A stretch of DNA of 64,000 nucleotides from a virus: IMG/VR virus record IMGVR_UViG_3300031521_000040, positions 19,182 to 83,181 of that record; one strand, given 5' to 3'. A model generated the notes under the pieces. That model did no database searches. It had not been told where the DNA came from and worked only from the letters and a program-made list of their open reading frames with translations. Shown here piece by piece: positions 19,864-31,273 of this stretch. Both the position numbers and the translations under genes were made by a program. The number at the start of each line of letters is the position of its first letter. Positions within the stretch are counted from its first letter, which is position 1.

Positions 19864-21593
19864 TCGGTAATTAATTTAAATTCAAAAAAGTCATAATACC
19901 ATGGCTTGCCTGTTTTCAGCTCAATTTGTTTTCTTTTAAATTTTGATTCTAATATAAAATCTGGATATGTTTCGGTAATATGTATGGTCAAACAGCCTGA
20001 TTTATTTATATAATCAGTAAATACTCTACCTGTTTTTTTACATGTTAAAACATAATGATTTACTGAATTGTAATTGTCATCGACAGGTTTAGCTCTTTTG
20101 GTGAAAATTCCACTGAGCGTCGAAAAATTAATATCATATTTTCTTGAAATTTCCCTGATTGGCATATTATCTTTTTCATAATCACTATATATGCACTTCA
20201 ATTCATCCACAGAGAATTCCTCTAATGTTCTATGTTTTTGAGAACTAAATGATTTTTGTGTGTTATTAATATAGTCCTCTTCGTAGCACCAATAAATGTT
20301 TTGATTATTTTTTGTATGTCCCAAGCATTTCCTCAGAATTTGTTCATGTGATAGTCCATCGATATTATTTCTTCCAGCATCAGCTAAAGATGAATATCTT
20401 TCAATAATGGTATCAATATTTCTATCAATTTTAATAACAGGCTTGGATACTTGAATAACTCTTTTCTGAATCCATTCTTTACTTTGCTTGACATTTTTTC
20501 TAATTCTAGATAATTTTTCTTTGGTTTCATCATGACTAAAAGACCTTATTCCACCAAATTCAATATTATAACCCAAATTTCTATTAGTTGAGTCGTATTC
20601 ATAAATATATTTAATTTCTTTATAGTTTAATTCATCAGTTGTTTGTGCAGTATCTATAATATTAAACTTAAATTTATCGAATCCATATTTGTCGAAAGCT
20701 TTTAATACATATAAATTACAACACTTAGCTCTGTTTTTGTATTCATTATATCTATCGTTAAAGCCTCTTGTTGTTTGACCTACATATTTTTTATTATTTA
20801 CAGTATTCTCAATTAAATAAATTATACCAGCAATTTCGTTGTTTTTTTTAGGGTATTCTAATTTTATGTGCTTAATCGATTCAAGAAATTTTTTATTTTC
20901 TACTTTATTACCTATAAAATAGAAGTATCTTCTTTTTCTATATTGTGAAAGAAAAATTGCATTAGGATATTTTTCTAATATTACATCTTTTTTAATTGTT
21001 CCAAATTCTTTCCTGATAGAGCGTGAATGTTTCAATTTTCCATCGATAAAAACCGAGAATCTCTTGGTTTCTCTTCCGTTTTTTCCGTAGTTTCCTGTCA
21101 TGAGACCAACATAGTGCCAATTTAGTGATTGATATATAATACCTATTTCACCAGCTGATGGGTCAACACTTGCTGTTATTATTTTATATTCTGTATTTTT
21201 TTTAAGCCAATCAGCTGTCTTAGAAATAAAATAGGAAGCTGTATTTTTTGGTGTCCACCAAAGGCATGTACCTCGACTTAATAATATTATTTTATTTGTA
21301 TACCCATACTTATCCCAAGTAGTAGATTTATTTGCTGAGTATTCTTCTGAATATATAACAACGCCACCTAAATGGTATTCATTATCTATATTAAAATATA
21401 TTCCAAAAAAATATCTATTAAATAACGGCATTGTTTTAAGCCATTCATATTTTAAAATAATATTTCTCGCTGTGCTAAAATCTATTAGTTCTATTTTTGT
21501 ATTAGATAATGCAGCTTTGCCATAATCAAAATCAATTGTTGCGGATTCGATTTCTTCTTGTTTTTTACGTACTTTATATTGATATGCTTCCAT
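19860..21593 (-). CDS. Mom-like acetyltransferase fused to GIY-YIG endonuclease/NUMOD domains
   Basis: N-terminal LSRG...PKNTASYFISK...ITASVDPSAGEIGIIYQSLNWHYVG; then GIIYLIENTVNNKKYVGQT; probable start MEAYQY. Confidence 0.75.
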   Translation of the reverse strand: MEAYQYKVRKKQEEIESATIDFDYGKAALSNTKIELIDFSTARNIILKYEWLKTMPLFNRYFFGIYFNIDNEYHLGGVVIYSEEYSANKSTTWDKYGYTNKIILLSRGTCLWWTPKNTASYFISKTADWLKKNTEYKIITASVDPSAGEIGIIYQSLNWHYVGLMTGNYGKNGRETKRFSVFIDGKLKHSRSIRKEFGTIKKDVILEKYPNAIFLSQYRKRRYFYFIGNKVENKKFLESIKHIKLEYPKKNNEIAGIIYLIENTVNNKKYVGQTTRGFNDRYNEYKNRAKCCNLYVLKAFDKYGFDKFKFNIIDTAQTTDELNYKEIKYIYEYDSTNRNLGYNIEFGGIRSFSHDETKEKLSRIRKNVKQSKEWIQKRVIQVSKPVIKIDRNIDTIIERYSSLADAGRNNIDGLSHEQILRKCLGHTKNNQNIYWCYEEDYINNTQKSFSSQKHRTLEEFSVDELKCIYSDYEKDNMPIREISRKYDINFSTLSGIFTKRAKPVDDNYNSVNHYVLTCKKTGRVFTDYINKSGCLTIHITETYPDFILESKFKRKQIELKTGKPWYYDFFEFKLITD

Positions 21594-21630
21594 TATAAAT
21601 AATTTGATTTTACTCCAGAAAACAAAGGTA

Positions 21631-21661
21631 AAAAAAGACTTGCATATGTGCAAGTCTTTTT
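21631..21661 (-). terminator. Intrinsic terminator after the major capsid gene
   Basis: AAAAAAGACTTGCA-TATG-TGCAAGTCTTTTT. Confidence 0.8.
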
Positions 21662-21684
21662 AAAAATATTCATATCAATTAAGA

Positions 21685-23370
21685 TTATTGAAGATCACCG
21701 ATTCCGAAAGTCTGAAGACCATCACAATAGATTCTACCATAATAACGGTTAAGAACCATTTTCTTTGCATAACGTGTCATAATTCCACGAATTGGTGTAA
21801 AATCGAATGGGTTATACATGACCGGCGTAAGCTGCATTGGTACGTAAGGAGCGTAGATGTAACCTGTTTCCAAGATACTAGTACCCTTATGTCCGATAAG
21901 AATTGTGTTTGCTGGTGAATATGGGTCACGATACACGATGTAACGACCACTTAAGCTACCGATTTTTTCGATACCCATGTTGTATTTGTCTTCTTCTGGA
22001 GAAGCATTGCTAACGTGGAAATATTCCAAGTCATCAAATACTGCTGATACTTCAGGAGATACAACTACCCAACTAGCGCCACCACGAAGGGTTGCTTTAT
22101 GAATCTGAGCTGAAATCTGGTTGATCTTTGTGATAAGAGTCTGATTCCAGTCTTTTTGTGTTCCATAATAAGTATTAGCTTGTCTACGAAGACCATTATA
22201 GTCCCAACGTGCAGTCCAAGCAGCACCTCTACGTAAGTCACGTAAAATCTCACGATCAATCTCAGCAGCCATTTGCTCTGACAATAAAGCTGTTAATTCA
22301 GCTTCAGCATCAATATTATGAAACGCTGAAACGTCCTGAGCAAGCTCTGGAGTCCACATAGCTCTCATTTTACGTGTTTCAACAGAAACAGTAACTTGAT
22401 CTAACTGGAATGTTACTTCTGCCATACGTGAATCTTCTTCAAGATCACTATAGCTTCTGTATTCATAGAAGAAACTTGTTGTTCCTGATGTAACAGCGCT
22501 TAATGGCTGATAACCGTTTGTTCCTGCATATTGAAGGTCAACTACTAATACGATATCACCTTGTTTGTTAACAATAGCTTGTCCGTATTTTTGTACCTTA
22601 ACATTGAAAGGAAGTGAATGTCCTTTAAGAACGTTTTGTTCTGTAAAACCTGCTGGTGCTACAAAATCTTTGTTAGATGTAATTTTCAAACTTGAAAGGA
22701 ATGATTCAGTGTCCATCTGAACACCTGCAGGACCTACCAATTTACCTGAGTCGCTTACCAAGAAGCCATGAATAACAACTTGGATGAATTTTTCGCCAAC
22801 TGTCCATGATGCACCTGTTGTTGTACCAGTGTGAACTGACATATCGCCTTTTGAACGATCAAACAATGAAGCACCTTCTTCGTTATATTCTGTTGCATAA
22901 AATGCATCATACAATGAACGAGTTTCGAATTGTGTTCTTTCTCCAGCAGGTTTGTTTGCTGCATTGCCATAAGCACCGTTAGGTGATGTATGTTGATTAC
23001 CAGCTGTTGTTGTGTGAGTGTCATCTTGTACTCTAACACTTGCTTTTGGATTTATGTAGTACAATTTACCAATAGGTAAATTAAGTGCCTGTACAGACAC
23101 GATATCATTTGCTAAAAGCTTAGCAAATACCCTACGAATAACTGGAAACGCTACTGTTTCGAATTGTCCTGATGAAGCTGAATCTGATGATTCATTGATC
23201 ATATAAGATAACTGATTTTCAAAAAGCTGTGCGCAATTTTCTTTCACGTTACCATCTAATCCTTCTAGCAAGCCGATTTTTTCCCAACGGTTTGTAGTTA
23301 TTTCTCTTTGTTCACGAAGTTGTTTTAATCCAATATTGCCAACTTCGGCTGATTCCATTAAAAATCCCAT
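21685..23370 (-). CDS. Major capsid protein (T4 gp23-like)
   Basis: RRVFAKLLANDIVSVQAL, RKMRAMWTPELAQDVSAFHNIDAEAELTALLSEQ..AEIDREI, YAPYVPM, FTPIRGIMTRYA. Confidence 0.97.
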   Translation of the reverse strand: MGFLMESAEVGNIGLKQLREQREITTNRWEKIGLLEGLDGNVKENCAQLFENQLSYMINESSDSASSGQFETVAFPVIRRVFAKLLANDIVSVQALNLPIGKLYYINPKASVRVQDDTHTTTAGNQHTSPNGAYGNAANKPAGERTQFETRSLYDAFYATEYNEEGASLFDRSKGDMSVHTGTTTGASWTVGEKFIQVVIHGFLVSDSGKLVGPAGVQMDTESFLSSLKITSNKDFVAPAGFTEQNVLKGHSLPFNVKVQKYGQAIVNKQGDIVLVVDLQYAGTNGYQPLSAVTSGTTSFFYEYRSYSDLEEDSRMAEVTFQLDQVTVSVETRKMRAMWTPELAQDVSAFHNIDAEAELTALLSEQMAAEIDREILRDLRRGAAWTARWDYNGLRRQANTYYGTQKDWNQTLITKINQISAQIHKATLRGGASWVVVSPEVSAVFDDLEYFHVSNASPEEDKYNMGIEKIGSLSGRYIVYRDPYSPANTILIGHKGTSILETGYIYAPYVPMQLTPVMYNPFDFTPIRGIMTRYAKKMVLNRYYGRIYCDGLQTFGIGDLQ

Positions 23371-23396
23371 GGTTATTTTATTTATTTATAATTTTA

Positions 23397-24890
23397 TTAT
23401 TTTTTACCTCTATGTTCTACGTAATCGATAAGCTTTCTCATTTTGACCATGTGCGCATCGTTTGCATAGGCTGTTTTTTCGACCACTTCTTCAAGTTTTT
23501 GTTTTGATGAAGGTTGTATTGAGGCAGAAACCTTATTTTCAATACTTTCAGAAATAGTTTTTTTATTATTTTTCATTTCAGATAAAAATGATTTGTATAC
23601 ATTTTGTGAATCAGCAATGCTATTAACTTTTTTGAATTCATTGATAATCTTGATTTTATCGTCTTGAGTAAGTGCTAGACTTTCATTAACGAAAAGATTA
23701 TTTGAATGTGCAAGATTAGTGTTGAAAATTGCCATTTCTTTTAATTGTACACGATATTTACCTAAAGCTGTTTTATATTCTTCATTTAATGAAGTTGATG
23801 TCTGAATCTGCTGTTTAGCTTCGTTTAGTTTTTTTGTTAATTTTTTGTTTTCTTCGATCAAACGACTAAGTTTTTTCTCCGATTCTCCAAAACGTCTTCT
23901 ATTAGCTTCGCCAGTTGATAAATAATCATTGCTTGGAAGTTTACTATTCATTGTTGTTCCAGCTGAGAATGATACTCCGTGTGTTTCGTCTACAGGCATT
24001 TCATTTCCGCTTCCACCGCCACCGATTACTGCCTCAATATCCGCATCTGTAAATTCAGTTTCGCTTAATGACGATAAATCATCTTCACCTTCTTCTTCCA
24101 TTCCTTGGTTTTGATCGCCATTCATACCATTAATCATTTCGTCTAATTTGTTTCTCATGGCTACTAATTCTTTAAATGCGTCTCCGCCTTGATTTGCGGG
24201 TGTTCCGTATTTAATACCGTTTGGGTTTGGAAGGTTTTCACCTAAATTTTCCATTTGTGATATTTCTGCTTCGATTTCATCAATAGTAATAATTTCGTCA
24301 TCATCATTAGCATTACCCAATGCTGAATCTACGCTATTACCATCAAGTCCTGATATATCAAATTCTTCTTTTAGATTTGAAATTGGTTTTTGTTTACCTT
24401 TAATATTGATATCAAACGCAATGCCTTTTTGTTTGCCTTTTTCCTGATTAGGAGTTTCAGCTTCAACATCAGCAACGAAATCTTTTTCACGTTCTTCTTC
24501 AATAGCCTGTACGCCTTTTTTAGTATTAAAAGGATCGCTTTTTCCAACAGTGTTGGTGATTTTAACATCTTCCTTAACTGAAACAGCTTTGCCATCAAAG
24601 GGTTTACCTTTTCCAACTGTATCTATAACCTTTACGGTCTCTTTTACTTGTTTTTCCATATCAGATTCTTTGTTTAATTCATCATCATTTTCAGATTCTT
24701 TTGCATTGTCTATTTTTTTATAAGACTCTTTAGCCGTTTTATTTTTATTAATTTCTTCTTTCAATAATTTTTCAAAGCTGTTTGGAAATTCTTCAGCCAG
24801 CTTTTTCTTTGCATTAATTGCAGCAGCTTCTACGATTGTATTATAATCAGTCAATGCCTCTTTAATTATTGATGGTTTATCTTCTTTCAT
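23397..24890 (-). CDS. Prohead core/scaffold protein (gp22-like)
   Basis: Acidic coiled-coil protein between protease and capsid genes; many L/I-x-E sites. Confidence 0.7.
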   Translation of the reverse strand: MKEDKPSIIKEALTDYNTIVEAAAINAKKKLAEEFPNSFEKLLKEEINKNKTAKESYKKIDNAKESENDDELNKESDMEKQVKETVKVIDTVGKGKPFDGKAVSVKEDVKITNTVGKSDPFNTKKGVQAIEEEREKDFVADVEAETPNQEKGKQKGIAFDINIKGKQKPISNLKEEFDISGLDGNSVDSALGNANDDDEIITIDEIEAEISQMENLGENLPNPNGIKYGTPANQGGDAFKELVAMRNKLDEMINGMNGDQNQGMEEEGEDDLSSLSETEFTDADIEAVIGGGGSGNEMPVDETHGVSFSAGTTMNSKLPSNDYLSTGEANRRRFGESEKKLSRLIEENKKLTKKLNEAKQQIQTSTSLNEEYKTALGKYRVQLKEMAIFNTNLAHSNNLFVNESLALTQDDKIKIINEFKKVNSIADSQNVYKSFLSEMKNNKKTISESIENKVSASIQPSSKQKLEEVVEKTAYANDAHMVKMRKLIDYVEHRGKK

Positions 24891-25008
24891 ATTCTTAAAA
24901 TATCGTATCTAATACTATAATTTTTATATAAATACATAATCTTTGTGAAAAAGTATGTTATTTAAAAAAAATGTTGTTATGTAAATGATAATATGTTACA
25001 AAATAACA

Positions 25009-25710
25009 TTATAATAAAAATTTGTTAGTTGCTGAAATTATTTTTTTTTCGTCTTCCCTTAGATAAATGCCGTTTTTATTAACGTATGTTTCTGCAAATG
25101 TCTGACTGCCTGAATCTGGTGAAAATAAATATCCACCGGGGGTACTAGGTGTAGTAACCAAATCAAAACCAATTAATTCAAAATCTCCTTGAACAAGGTT
25201 TTCACCATTAATTTCTTTTAATGTTCCTACTCCACGTGATGAAATACCCATCTTGATTTTATTCTGTAGGTATAGCACAATTTTATCGCCTACGACAGAA
25301 ACAATACCGTACTTAATGTAACCGGGACTAACAATTATTTTAAGCTGACCATATAAAACATTTTCGTATTCATTCTTACCCCACCACATTTTCGTTATCA
25401 TATGCGAGATATTCTGTAATGAAATTATTGATGATTCGGGATGATCTGCTTCTGAAACAGCACTATTTGTATCGACTAGTTGTTGATATATTAAAACCTG
25501 TGGAACTAAGACATCTTTAGGATATATACGACCATTTTTATTTTTAACTCCCCACTTTTGCAGTATACAGTTAACTAAAACTGGTTCGTTGGGTTTAAGC
25601 TCGAATGACTCATTGATAAATGTAGGGTTTAAATCAGAATTAACATAACCAGCATCATATTCAATTATAATACCAAATCCGCTTTCCCCTGCTTGTAGTA
25701 TCTTACTCAT
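25009..25710 (-). CDS. Prohead core protease (gp21-like)
   Basis: NKNGRIYP, EADHP, ISHMI, GISSRGVG, FDLVTTPSTPG. Confidence 0.93.
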   Translation of the reverse strand: MSKILQAGESGFGIIIEYDAGYVNSDLNPTFINESFELKPNEPVLVNCILQKWGVKNKNGRIYPKDVLVPQVLIYQQLVDTNSAVSEADHPESSIISLQNISHMITKMWWGKNEYENVLYGQLKIIVSPGYIKYGIVSVVGDKIVLYLQNKIKMGISSRGVGTLKEINGENLVQGDFELIGFDLVTTPSTPGGYLFSPDSGSQTFAETYVNKNGIYLREDEKKIISATNKFLL

Positions 25711-25899
25711 ATTAGTATCTTTCTCTATAAATAGTTTTATTTGTTGCTTTATTTTTGCGAATAAATCTTTTCTTTTTATGTATCATTTTTGCCGTATTAT
25801 CAACAGTGTTAATAAAAATTTGCGTTTCTAAATATTCGTTCATGCTTTTCAGTAACATATTGATTTCTAATAAACTTTCTAATTTAGTTAACATGATAT

Positions 25900-26312
25900 T
25901 TAATATTGTTTAGCATTCTTTGCAATATGATTATTAATTTCTTCTAGCTTAGCTAAAATTTTTGTTGATTCTAATTTATTAAATTTTTCGCTAAGGTCTA
26001 ATAGCTCAGATACGCCACCTAATACATGTAGTGTTTCCTTTTCAGACTCAATCCATTGACGAGTTCTTTCTTCTTCTCGTCTAAGCATTTCCAATCTGAT
26101 TTTTTCTAATGCTTCTGAATGCTCCTTTCGAATAATATCAATTTTAGCTATTTGTTGTTTTAAATCCCGATTATTTTCGTTAGTCTTTTTCAGTAATTTA
26201 TTACTGAAATAGGCAATTCCTACCACGCCTAAAAAAATTAGTAGCATTGATACATAGAAAAATCCGTTATTAAATATTGTTAGTGTATCGATTGGAATTG
26301 GAGTCTGTGTCA
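25900..26312 (-). CDS. Membrane protein with coiled coil (holin/spanin-like candidate)
   Basis: One transmembrane helix then a coiled coil; probable start MTQTP behind the motif at 26330. Confidence 0.4.
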
Positions 26313-26384
26313 TTTCATCGTTTATTAGTATAAATAGTTGAAATGACTCGTTTCTCACTACATTTTTCATTATATCGTATTTAT

Positions 26385-29300
26385 ATGAAACCAAATGAAA
26401 TGCCAGTAATCGATTATTTGAATGACCCCGATAGCGTTAACATTAACCCTAACATAATTAACGCTATTCCACAATATCAAGATATGCATATTTTTGCTGA
26501 ATTAACAGCATCTAGAAGGGCTAGAAGTGTTATCGTAATAGGTGGCGACACTCAATCAACACCAGATTTCAAGGTTAATTTCATTGGAAATAATCAAAAT
26601 CAAAATAATCCGAATTATTTAAATTTTACGACAAATTATTATGATGGTAGTACACGTGATAATGAGGAACAGTTTGAATCTTTCGGTATTGCGAGTATTA
26701 AAGTTGTTGTAAATTCATCATATATACCAACTGTGAGTATACAGTTTGTTGATATACGTGGTTTATCTTTTTTCAATAACGAAAATTCTAAATATAGGAT
26801 TTTATTTGATTTTCCACCACCCGTTTTTAATTTAAAAATTAAAGGGTATTATGGTAGAACATTATCATATGATTTGCATTTAGTCAAATACACATCAGAA
26901 TTTAAATCAGAAAATGGTAATTTTGTGATTGATGCCGAATTTGTTGCAATTACATTTGCGCCATTAAGTGATGTATTGTTTAGATATGCAATTAATTTTC
27001 CGTTAATCGAGGATTTTAGAAGCGAAAGCACTATCATAAGTGATCCAAAACTACCACCTAAAAACACATATGAATTCATATTAAAAATAAAAAATTTGCT
27101 TCCTGAAATAAAGAACTACCTTAATACCGAATCTGAAACAGGTGATTTTAAACGACTTTCAGATCAGCTTACGGCAAATAATTCAACGCTTGCTCTATTA
27201 TATGCATATAATGAACATTTAAAACATGGCACTCCATATATATTTACAGTGGACGATTCAGTAATTAACGAACAAGGAGAAACCAATAATTCTTCAGTTA
27301 GACCTCTAAATAGTTTCAGCGATTATGATAAAAATATAAAATCAAACATAACTGGAATAAAATTATATATTGGCTTCATAACGGAATCTAATAGTTCACA
27401 AGAAATATTCAGCTTTTCAGGGTCTACTCAGTCAATGATTAGTACATTACAATCAAATGAATTGAAAGCATATGCAAAAGAATTAAATGATAGGGGCATT
27501 AAAGGTAGCGTTGGAAATATTGCAACCGAAAGTGAAATTTCCAAACCAGAAATAATTAATAATACGTTTAATATTTCTATTAAGCAACATTCTAATATAC
27601 AAACATCATATCAAGTAATTGATATTACTAGTTTTTATACTAAATTATTTAAAACAAATTATGATATTGCAACCAATAGAACAACCGTTGCAAAATCACT
27701 TAACACAAAAATTAATAATAATATTATTGGTACATTAGGAATGAACCCTACCATATATAACGTCTTTAAGTTAATATTGGATGATGTAGATACGTTTTTT
27801 AGAAAACTACGAAAAACATCTCAAGATGCACAAGATCATCATAATAGGGCTGATAATAAAGGAAAAATATTAAATGGTGGTATGAAAGATGTTGGAAGTA
27901 TGAAGGCTAGTCAGCCAATCTATTCTTTTCCGCTATTAATTAAAATAACGTGTGGTAATAAAGAAGAAAAAACATCACCTACAGCTATCAACCAAAAGCT
28001 ATCACCGACAGAACAATTTCCTGAATCAATATTAATTAGCGATTTTATAGATACTTTTTCAAAACAAAAACATAATGTAATTAATAATAACATGAAAAAC
28101 GAAAAAGATTCTGAAGGTAATAATATATGGATTCCAATTTCCCCTCAAGATTCAACTATTGTTAGTGGCGATACGAGATCACCATACTTTGGCTTAGATT
28201 CTAACACATCACAAATTAATATGAATGAGGATAAAATAATAAATCAATATTTAACTGTTATTTTAAATAGATTTTATGTTCTTAGCGAAGGTATAATTCC
28301 AGATAAGTTATACGGTGATAAAAACAATCCTTACTTAAAATTTTATTCACAATCAGAAGCATTAAATTTAAAGCTATCTGTTTTTAATAAAGATGTTGTA
28401 GGAATTCTAAAGAAATTTGCTTTAGATAATGCTAATTACACTAACTTCTATACTTATTTAAGCACTCACCTTCACAGTTTATATAAATTCCAGAATAATG
28501 AAAAATCTGTTATCAATGGCGTTTATAGTAATAAAGGTGATGTAAACTTTAGAGGTGTTTTTTTATCAGATGGCGTTGTTGATATTCAAGCACCCACTAG
28601 TGATACAAATAAACCGATTAATACTTTTATAACTAAATCACAAAGAAGCTTTTTTGAAAGTCCCTTTAGTGGATCATTGCCCGAAGCATATTTTCAATTT
28701 ACAGTTCAAAATATTATATATATTTCAGATAATTTTGTGAACAGCAAAGGTAATAGCTCATCTGATGAATCTAAGGTATCTAATGGAATTCATTTGCAAA
28801 CGAGATTTTTACTCCCATCTAATTCGTCTACATTTAATTCATCTGAAAGTATTTCACTCTCAAATATTTTAAATCAAGGTAATGCTGCTTTTATTGGATC
28901 AAGATCAAGCATCGGCAGTAAAAACGAATTTGTTGATGTGGTTGATGTATGGGTTAATACACTTGCAGCCAACGATACATTTTTATACGATAAAGTTATA
29001 AACACCCATAGTCGTCTCAGTTCAGTACTATTACTTTCTAATTTTGGTCATACATTAAGTCCGTTCAGTGTTTTCAAGAGCCTAAATAAAACCATTTTTC
29101 AAACGCCATCTGTTGTAGAAGTTCCATATTATCTATCTTCATATGTTGGAGCTTTAGTGTATGTGATTGAAAATAAAATGATAAATGAGTTAATGGATTT
29201 TTTTAATTCCAAGAGTAATTTGATCAAAATAGGTATATTAATAATTGCAGATATTCATGATATACAAAAATATTTATCAAAAAACGATAAGGCTATGTTT

Positions 29301-31241
29301 TTAAGCAAATATGAAAATTTTTACGATAATAGTTATGTTGGAATAATAAATGATTTAAAATTCGTGTGTGATAAGATAATAAAAATGGATTCTATTAAGG
29401 AAAAATATATTGCATATAACACATATTTAAATCCACGTGCAACAAATGTTATTAACTATGGAAGTCATTTTAAAGATATTTTAGTTCCATTGTTAACTAA
29501 AACAAATGTGATAATTTATGGTGAGAATACATTTAAGCCTGTTATCACTACGCAATCATTTTATAAATCATTGTTTTATGTGGATACCGAAAAGGGGGGG
29601 GCAAAATTAGATATAAATAAAATATACTTTAATAGCTTTTGGTCTTCATTGTATGGTCTATTGGATGATAGAGAAAAAGAACTAATAAAAGAGGAGGGCG
29701 AACAGAAAAAGCTGAAAGGAGATGAGGATATTGTTGCTCAAACATACTACTCGTTTAAAACAATAAATGATAAGTGGCTATGTAGTCCAGAAAATAATAG
29801 TGACGGATACCCATATAATATTGCAGGAAAAAAATTAATTGATTCGTTTGCGTTTGTTGATCGTGCTATGAATCCTGCTGGTGATATTATAATAAATCCA
29901 GAAATATTACTAAATGCATATGATGACACAAATATTTCTGTTTTTTCAATACTATCTCAAATATTATCATTAAATGGATTTGAATTTTTTCCATTGCAAA
30001 ATTTTATGAATGATGATAATGGGTGGAATGATACATTTAAAATAGATACTAATGGCGAAGTGAGTAAACGACCAGCTTTTGTATGTATGTATGTTGGTGG
30101 TTCATCTAGTTACCCATCCAACACATCCAACGGTTTTGAAAATGACGGTATTATTGATATAAATAATGGTGTTCCCAACGATTTTAATGCGGACTGTCAA
30201 CAAAATCCCGAATCAGATATGCAATCCGAAAACAACAAAGACTTTCCGTATCGTAAAATTCGTGCTTTTAATGTAAAATTCGCACAACAAAATCAGTCAA
30301 TGTTTACTGACATGAAAATTGAAAGTAAAGAGTTTCCTGAAACAAATGAATCACTTCAAATTTTAGCAAGATTAGCTGGTGATAGTAGAGATAATCCAGC
30401 AATCCCTAAAGGTCAGAATCTATATAATTTATATGAAAACCGTGCATACCGAGCTACCATAACTGGTCTAGGTAATGCAATGATTCAACCAACACAATAT
30501 TTTCAATTAGATAATGTACCTATGTTCAATGGAGCGTATTTAATATTATCTGTGGAACACAATATTGTTGCAAATAAAATGACTACATCGTTTTCAGGTA
30601 CTAAAATATTGAGATACCCCATGCCAAAAATAATAAATCCTATGTCGGTATTGGATTTTGAGGGGACAAGTGTTTCTGAATATATAGAAGCAGCAGGTAC
30701 TGTAACATCGGTTGATTCTCAACCAAATCCCACTACATTCATTCCGTATGTTCCCAATGGGGGCGTAATTCAAATAAATGCGCCAATAAATCCGCAGTTG
30801 GTAAGATTCTCTAGTGGATATGGTGAAAGAATAATCAAGGGTGTTAAGGGATTTCATTATGGAAATGATTTTGCTGCAACTAAAGGAACTCCAATTTGGG
30901 CTGCTCAAGATGGAAAAATTCATAAGCTTTTGCATCAAGGACATGGTGAAGGATTAAGTGGAGGGTTTGGTGAATATGTAACTATTGACCACGGAAATAA
31001 TATTTATACTGCATATGCACATATGATGCAATGGGCAGATAGTTTAAGGGTTGGAACAAATGTGAAGGCAGGTGAAGTAATTGGTTGGGTTGGTGACACC
31101 GATTCCCCCAAGGCATTTCATTTACATTTTGAATATAGAAATGGTGCTGATAATGAATTTGACGGTCTTAAAGTAACTGCTGTTGATCCTAAACCACACT
31201 TATTAAGATCAATGAAATCTGTATATGCTAAAACTACTTAA
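26385..31241 (+). CDS. Large tail/baseplate protein with C-terminal M23 peptidase
   Basis: About 1620 aa; C-terminal FHYGNDFAA..GTPIWA, YAHM, HLHFEYR; LGNAMIQP...F.L.NVPMFNGAY.I..V.H hub-like segment. Confidence 0.8.
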   Translation: MKPNEMPVIDYLNDPDSVNINPNIINAIPQYQDMHIFAELTASRRARSVIVIGGDTQSTPDFKVNFIGNNQNQNNPNYLNFTTNYYDGSTRDNEEQFESFGIASIKVVVNSSYIPTVSIQFVDIRGLSFFNNENSKYRILFDFPPPVFNLKIKGYYGRTLSYDLHLVKYTSEFKSENGNFVIDAEFVAITFAPLSDVLFRYAINFPLIEDFRSESTIISDPKLPPKNTYEFILKIKNLLPEIKNYLNTESETGDFKRLSDQLTANNSTLALLYAYNEHLKHGTPYIFTVDDSVINEQGETNNSSVRPLNSFSDYDKNIKSNITGIKLYIGFITESNSSQEIFSFSGSTQSMISTLQSNELKAYAKELNDRGIKGSVGNIATESEISKPEIINNTFNISIKQHSNIQTSYQVIDITSFYTKLFKTNYDIATNRTTVAKSLNTKINNNIIGTLGMNPTIYNVFKLILDDVDTFFRKLRKTSQDAQDHHNRADNKGKILNGGMKDVGSMKASQPIYSFPLLIKITCGNKEEKTSPTAINQKLSPTEQFPESILISDFIDTFSKQKHNVINNNMKNEKDSEGNNIWIPISPQDSTIVSGDTRSPYFGLDSNTSQINMNEDKIINQYLTVILNRFYVLSEGIIPDKLYGDKNNPYLKFYSQSEALNLKLSVFNKDVVGILKKFALDNANYTNFYTYLSTHLHSLYKFQNNEKSVINGVYSNKGDVNFRGVFLSDGVVDIQAPTSDTNKPINTFITKSQRSFFESPFSGSLPEAYFQFTVQNIIYISDNFVNSKGNSSSDESKVSNGIHLQTRFLLPSNSSTFNSSESISLSNILNQGNAAFIGSRSSIGSKNEFVDVVDVWVNTLAANDTFLYDKVINTHSRLSSVLLLSNFGHTLSPFSVFKSLNKTIFQTPSVVEVPYYLSSYVGALVYVIENKMINELMDFFNSKSNLIKIGILIIADIHDIQKYLSKNDKAMFLSKYENFYDNSYVGIINDLKFVCDKIIKMDSIKEKYIAYNTYLNPRATNVINYGSHFKDILVPLLTKTNVIIYGENTFKPVITTQSFYKSLFYVDTEKGGAKLDINKIYFNSFWSSLYGLLDDREKELIKEEGEQKKLKGDEDIVAQTYYSFKTINDKWLCSPENNSDGYPYNIAGKKLIDSFAFVDRAMNPAGDIIINPEILLNAYDDTNISVFSILSQILSLNGFEFFPLQNFMNDDNGWNDTFKIDTNGEVSKRPAFVCMYVGGSSSYPSNTSNGFENDGIIDINNGVPNDFNADCQQNPESDMQSENNKDFPYRKIRAFNVKFAQQNQSMFTDMKIESKEFPETNESLQILARLAGDSRDNPAIPKGQNLYNLYENRAYRATITGLGNAMIQPTQYFQLDNVPMFNGAYLILSVEHNIVANKMTTSFSGTKILRYPMPKIINPMSVLDFEGTSVSEYIEAAGTVTSVDSQPNPTTFIPYVPNGGVIQINAPINPQLVRFSSGYGERIIKGVKGFHYGNDFAATKGTPIWAAQDGKIHKLLHQGHGEGLSGGFGEYVTIDHGNNIYTAYAHMMQWADSLRVGTNVKAGEVIGWVGDTDSPKAFHLHFEYRNGADNEFDGLKVTAVDPKPHLLRSMKSVYAKTT

Positions 31242-31243
31242 AT

Positions 31244-31271
31244 AAAAAAACCCCGATATCGGGGTTTTTTT
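31244..31271. terminator. Bidirectional intrinsic terminator
   Basis: AAAAAAACCCCGA-TA-TCGGGGTTTTTTT. Confidence 0.85.
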
Positions 31272-31273
31272 AT

